From Phoronis australis (taxonomy: Eukaryota > Animalia > Phoronida), in contig NMRA01000050.1 of assembly GCA_002633005.1 (NCBI GenBank), positions 615,679-679,678 on the forward strand: 64,000 nt of DNA, given 5' to 3'. Under the pieces are notes generated by a model that did no database searches, was not told the origin of the DNA, and saw nothing but the letters and a program-made list of their open reading frames with translations. The position numbers were made by a program, and so were the translations under genes. The first letter of the stretch is position 1, and each line of letters opens with the position of its first letter. Shown here one piece after another: positions 58,783 to 64,000 of the stretch.

Positions 58783-58958
58783 ATATATATATTGTGACGT
58801 CATTTGCGATAAACCCAAGTGTCTACCATATACTTCTAATTCACGCGGCGGACATTAAAATCCAAAGCGAGGCTCACTACGATAAACGAAGCGGAGGTTG
58901 GTATTACGTGAGTTAAACGGCTGGTCTTTCAAGTCCAAACTTGGATATTAACTCTTAA

Positions 58959-60621
58959 CAAGAGCAACGCTGAGCGTTGAAATGCGCCCACGAATGCATC
59001 GCAAATGGTGTGCTTTTAGGGTTATTTATTTGTATCATAAAAATGACCACTAGATGACGCAAAAACGTAAAATCCATCCAAAAATGGAATCATGCCATAT
59101 TTCATAAAATCTGTCAAGGAACTTCAGAGAAACAAAGGAAAACAGAACAAAATGAAATTGTCACTTGTGGGCACAGCGTCTGTTCGATCCGCCTGACAGT
59201 CATCGTCTGTTATCTTCGCATAAATTCGCTTACTAAATTTAATAAAGATCCTGCAGTGGGTTTTAGAGACAGTTATGGGCGAAAAACAAAACAAAACTAC
59301 CATTAGGAGGCGCTACAGCAGTCAGTCGCCATCATCAAACTTCCTCTTCGCACTGAAAACACATAGGCCAATTTTCAAAACCATCTCCAGAATGATTTGG
59401 TTGATCAAGGGGTGGACGCCAAAAGCAAGATTTGAAAACAGCAAAAAATGGCCACTAGGTGTCACAAAATACCTCAATTCCATCCAAAAACAGGATGATA
59501 GCGTCATCTCACCAACAGATGCCTATATTCAAAATTTTATGAAAATCTGTTGAGGACCTTCGAAGATACAGACTGCTAAACATGAAAAACTAAAACTGCC
59601 ATTAGGGGGCACGTCAAAAGATCTTGCAAACAGTTTAGGAGATACAGCGATGAGCGCAAAAAAAACAAAACAGCCACTAGAAGGCGCCACAATAGTCAAA
59701 CTCGTCGAAAAATCATCGTCAGCCATCCACTTCATACTAAAAACATACATGCCAATTTTCATAATTATCCTGAAAGCGGTTTGGTTGATAGACGAGTGGA
59801 CGCCAAAAACATACTCGAAAACAGTAAAAGTGGCCACTAGGTGGCGCAAACTAGGTCGACTCCATCTGAAAGCGGAGAGATAGCGTCACCTCATTACAGA
59901 TGCCGGTATGCCAAATTTTATGAAAACACGTTGAGGACATACAGAGGTAAACGTAAAAAATGAAATTGCCACTAGGTGGCACACCAGTAGTCAGATCCGT
60001 CCGAAAGTCGTTGTCGTCCGTTGTCAACATCATACAAATACGCTTACTAAATTTAGTAAAGATCCTTCGAAAGATTTAGAAGATACAGCCATAGGCGCAA
60101 AAAACAAAACTGCCACTAGTAGGAGACCCCACAGTAGTCGAAATCGTCGGAAAATCATCGTCAGCCGTCCACTTCATAGTCAGAACATACGTGCCAATTT
60201 TCACAATCATCCTTTGAGTGGTTTGGTTGATAGAGGGCCGGTGGACGCAAAAACCAGACTCGGAAACAGTAAAAATGGCCACTAGGTGGCGCAAACTACG
60301 TTGAATCTATCCGAAAACGGGCGGATAGCGTCATCTCACTAATAGATGCCTATTTACCAAATTTTATGAAAATTCATTCAGGACTTTTTTGAAGATACAG
60401 AAGTAAACGTAAAAAACTAAAATTGCCACTCGAGAACACGCTGGTAGTCGGATCCGAAGTTCGTTCATGCCGTCCCAACTACGGAAGGAACACATGTGCA
60501 ACATTTCATGAAGATACGTCGAGACGTTTTAGAGATAGAGCAGCGGACGCCGGGCGTCGAACGTACGGACGAAACGGAGATGACGGCATAATGCGTCCAC
60601 ATATAAATATGTGGGCGCACA
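58959..60621 (-). mobile_element. Helentron/DINE-like element with ~145-bp satellite array, inserted at a TT/AA site without TSD
   Basis: Reverse-complement homologue of 22465-24090. 5' hairpin tgtgcgcccacata-tttata-tgtggacgca. The empty site is visible in copy A (tcttaaaattgtgtc near 49790). Confidence 0.85.
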
Positions 60622-61902
60622 AAAATGTGCCAATAATTAACTACAGAGACATAGAAAAATACACTAGGGAACAAGTCAATGCACCAAAGAGATGTCTAAA
60701 GAGAGGATATAAGTTTTTCGGAAAACTAAGTTCGAAACATGAAAAATAAATATGACGAAATTGTGGCGACCGTGTTACGGATTAGGTAAATGCTGAATTC
60801 ATAGTTACCAACGTTTCTTCTTGTAAATTGTTGATAAAAATGCTTTCTACACGAACCAGGTCATTTGCTCGTATTTTTGAAGAGCTGAAGATAAATTTGA
60901 CAGTGATGGCTCATCGCATTTTGCTGTCATGTGCAAGTCACATCTGGTTTAATTTGTTAATCAAGAATGTTAACATCAAGCGGATTCGGGACTAACAGTT
61001 GATTTGTCATTGATCTGCAAGAATGATTGATGTCATTAAATATGTTTTTTATTAAAATTAAAAACAGGGTGGTAACTGAAACTAAAAATTATTTGATCAT
61101 CAGTTCTGCTTTCTTGGTTTTAATAATACGTACACCTATTTCATGTGTTAGTTTTCAAATATCAGTCTGGACCTAGTTCCTTCGTCTACAGCAGAACCTG
61201 AAAAAATAACCCATCTCGGTTTAGAGCTCAATTCCAGTTAACTGGAGACAGGATGCATACAGTTATCATGTTTCTTCAGGGGCCCGGCGTTCATCCGAGG
61301 GAAAAGGTGTCTGTGCCTTCTGAGTAAGGGGGGAAATTCTATCTCCTATTCACCACCAGTAGCACCCCCGCCCAGTTGCAAGCTCTCGTAGGCTCTGTCT
61401 CAAGTAACATTTTGTGCTCTTTCAAATTGTCACCTGTGTAGTTACAGGTGATTTGAACATCGGGGGAAATTTTCAATCATTTCAGGGGAATTCTTAGGCC
61501 TCTTTGGGAATTTTGCGTGATTTCCAATATTTTTAAGAGGGGAACAGGGCCGATATTCGACCCCAAAATCGAGGGATTGAGGGCCCTGTCCTTTTTGGAA
61601 AGAAATGCATCATGTTCCAACCCGCAGTCATGAAAACACAGCCTGGTTGGCCGAAGATTCACCGGTCGTTGCTATGATGCCCGGCAACCGAGATGCGAAA
61701 AAATGTGATCAAACTTTCGAAAAAGTTTATCAATTTTTACCCGGACATATCTTCCTTCGTATGGCGTATGGCGGCGTATGGTAACGACCCAATGCTTCCG
61801 AATCTCAACATCATTAAGGAATGTAAAAAAAGGTGAATGTCCGTATGTTTTCCATCGCCGTTCGAGCAACGCGGGACACATCTATGCCGATTAGCCACTT
61901 AA

Positions 61903-63232
61903 AGGCGAAGGCAACCTTTTTTCATGTCACTTTTAGCAAAAATAAGGTTCGTTGATTATCCCAGACACGTTTTCCACTTAATTACAGCTTTTCGTAATTT
62001 GATTACTTTCTCGTCCTCTACTCCGTAAGTGATGTTTTGGGAGGTAAGAGTATAGCGCCAGTTTCTTTTCATTATAGTCTGACTGTAAGAGCTGTCGAGT
62101 CAGTCATTGTTCTACCTCAGTTGTGATAAGCTCGGTCTTCGTTTGCTTTTGTTTACAAGTCAGTCAACATGCCACGCTGTTGCTGCGTGCCGGGATGTAC
62201 TAATTATCGTCTCACACGCGCTTTGGGTACCTTGCGTCGCTTTCCGAAGGATGACACACTTCGCCGTACTTGGCTAGCTCGTTCATGTGAAGAACGCAGC
62301 GCTACCCGTCCACGCAACGTACAAAGCAATGGAGGGTTACCGAGTGTGTGGCAAGCATATTCTGCCGTCAGATTATGACAGATATGTACGCTGAATTGAT
62401 GAAGGTCCCTGCAAAACAACGCCTGAGGAAGGATACAATACCGTCGCTGTTGATTCCCGGCAGTGCCCCGTCGTCAACCCCGAGAAGTGCGTTTTTGAAG
62501 CGAGAAGCCTCGCGAGCTGTGGCCACTATATACAGTGACTGGAGGCACACAATCTACTGTTACCCGTGCCTCCGAACGTACCCCATTGCGTGCAATTCCG
62601 GGAACTAGCAGTGATTCGTCCAGTGCTGTTGTCTCTAGCCCAGAGCCTGTAAGCAGCCCTGCAGCGATGTTGAGTAGTGGGAGTGAATACAGGCTCAGTT
62701 CGACACCCACTGAAGAGGACAGTTCGTCATCCAATGAACAGATCGGTGAGCCTAAGTTTGATAAGTTTATTGTGGACTTGTATTAGAGCTATTGGAAGGT
62801 GCCAGGTGTGTGGCACGGGAGTCACACGGCGGGATGTAAGTAGTTTGGGTGCTCAGATCACCCTCCAGTGGGAGTGTGTCGCGGGACACTCGGGCAAGTG
62901 GGACAGTTCTTCCTCTGTACGTGAGACGATAATGAGTACACCCCAGTACGCAGCAACAGCGTGGCATGTTGACTGACTCGTAAGCAAAAGCAAACGACGA
63001 TCGAACTTATCACAACTGAGGTAGAACAATGACTGACTCGACTGCTCTCACAGTCAGACTATATGAAAAGAAATTGGCGCGAAATTCTTGCCTCCCAAAA
63101 CGTGACTTCCGGAGTAGACGACGAGTAATTAATTAAATTACGAAAAGCAGTAAATAAATGAAAAATATATCTGGGATAATCAACGAACCTTATTTTTGCT
63201 AAAAATGACATGAAAAAAGGTTGCCTTCGCCT
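61903..63232 (+). mobile_element. Kolobok-like deletion derivative with ~313-bp TIRs, TTAA TSD and a frameshifted THAP + C2CH zinc-finger transposase remnant
   Basis: ttaa|AGGCGAAGGC...GCCTTCGCCT|ttaa. The ORF from 62169 reads MPRCCCVPGCTN...FPKD...W...RVCGKH...LRKDTIPS, then CQVC...WECVAGH..KWDSS. No DDE domain seen. Confidence 0.85.
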
Positions 63233-63491
63233 TTAAAGGAGCAATCGTAGTGACCGTCGTTTTGGAGCGCTTCTTGTCCGCGTGAATTAGGCGTACATGT
63301 ATAATCTATGCTAGTGTTTACACCAAACGTAGCAAAGTGTCATCTATATTTCAACAGAGAATGCTCACGTTTTGCAATAAATTGACTAATTTAGTAATTA
63401 CGTGACCATTTAAAAAATGAGCAAACTATTCTTCTAGCGCTCGTGCTCACACTGTTTCAAAATAGCTATTTCCAATTGCGTTTTTACATAA

Positions 63492-63551
63492 ACACGCAAC
63501 TTTTGGCGCGAAAACAAGTTTTAACTTGTTTTCGCGCCAAAAGTTGCGTGT
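63492..63551. repeat. Perfect 29-bp-arm inverted repeat with a 2-nt spacer
   Basis: acacgcaacttttggcgcgaaaacaagtt-tt-aacttgttttcgcgccaaaagttgcgtgt. Confidence 0.9.
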
Positions 63552-64000
63552 CAAACGCGCCATGCAAGACGACGCCAAAACAAAATGAGTTTAAGCACTC
63601 TTGCGTCTCTTTTCCTTATCCAGAATTCGTTATCACTGAAGCTCTACGATCTAGGTAAGCGTGCACACATCATGCATTCGAGTTGAGTGGAATTCTAATT
63701 ACTTAGACCCTTTTTTACATATTTACTTACATATACATTTCATTATACAGAATTTGTTGAATACACGACACTTTTCATTTTTCACGGTCTTTATTCCGTT
63801 GCGTTCATACTTTCTGAACAAAACTCTACTCTCTACTGAACCTAGATACAGTAACTGACCTAGCGACATAATTAAAAAGACACACGATATTTCGAAACAT
63901 ACTTGTTTCATTCTCAAGTGAAGATAAAATGACGCAGTAATGCCACCACAGAGTATAAGCTGACGACACACACAGTGAGACACGGCGGGTGTGAAATACT

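Larger units (their letters stand above)
58832..63294. mobile_element. ISL2EU-like copy B, carrying two nested insertions (Helentron-like and Kolobok-like)
   Basis: Colinear with 49665-51487 outside 58959-60621 and 61903-63232. Termini ctaattcacgcggcgg / cgcgtgaattagg. Minus-strand THAP remnant CVPRCSN...DVEIRKHWVVTIRR near 61770-61885. Confidence 0.7.

Overview
Eukaryotic, AT-rich, intron- and repeat-rich animal DNA. It looks like an invertebrate draft assembly, with N gaps at 9762, 18363, 43197, 53781-53825 and 56981-57762. Two spliced genes can be built by hand from GT-AG boundaries with consistent phases. (1) A + strand tubulin glutamylase TTLL4 orthologue with at least 16 exons (8439-28539). 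(2) A convergent - strand LYPD6-like three-finger (Ly6/uPAR) gene (CDS 36803->32668). Introns and the region 43-64 kb hold many non-autonomous or decayed transposons: IS3EU-like, Kolobok-like, ISL2EU-like, hAT-like and P-like elements, Helentron/DINE-like elements and LINE fragments, some nested. Best leads: an in-frame TGA in TTLL4 followed by a 52-codon protein-like extension that crosses a splice junction (candidate stop-codon readthrough); Helentron-borne satellite arrays with a CTCF-consensus-like motif in most monomers; 22-25 bp 'micro-P' elements with 7-bp TSDs, one amplified into a minisatellite; and a fold-back Kolobok whose two TIRs both contain the THAP ORF start. All family assignments come from motif recognition by eye, not database searches.
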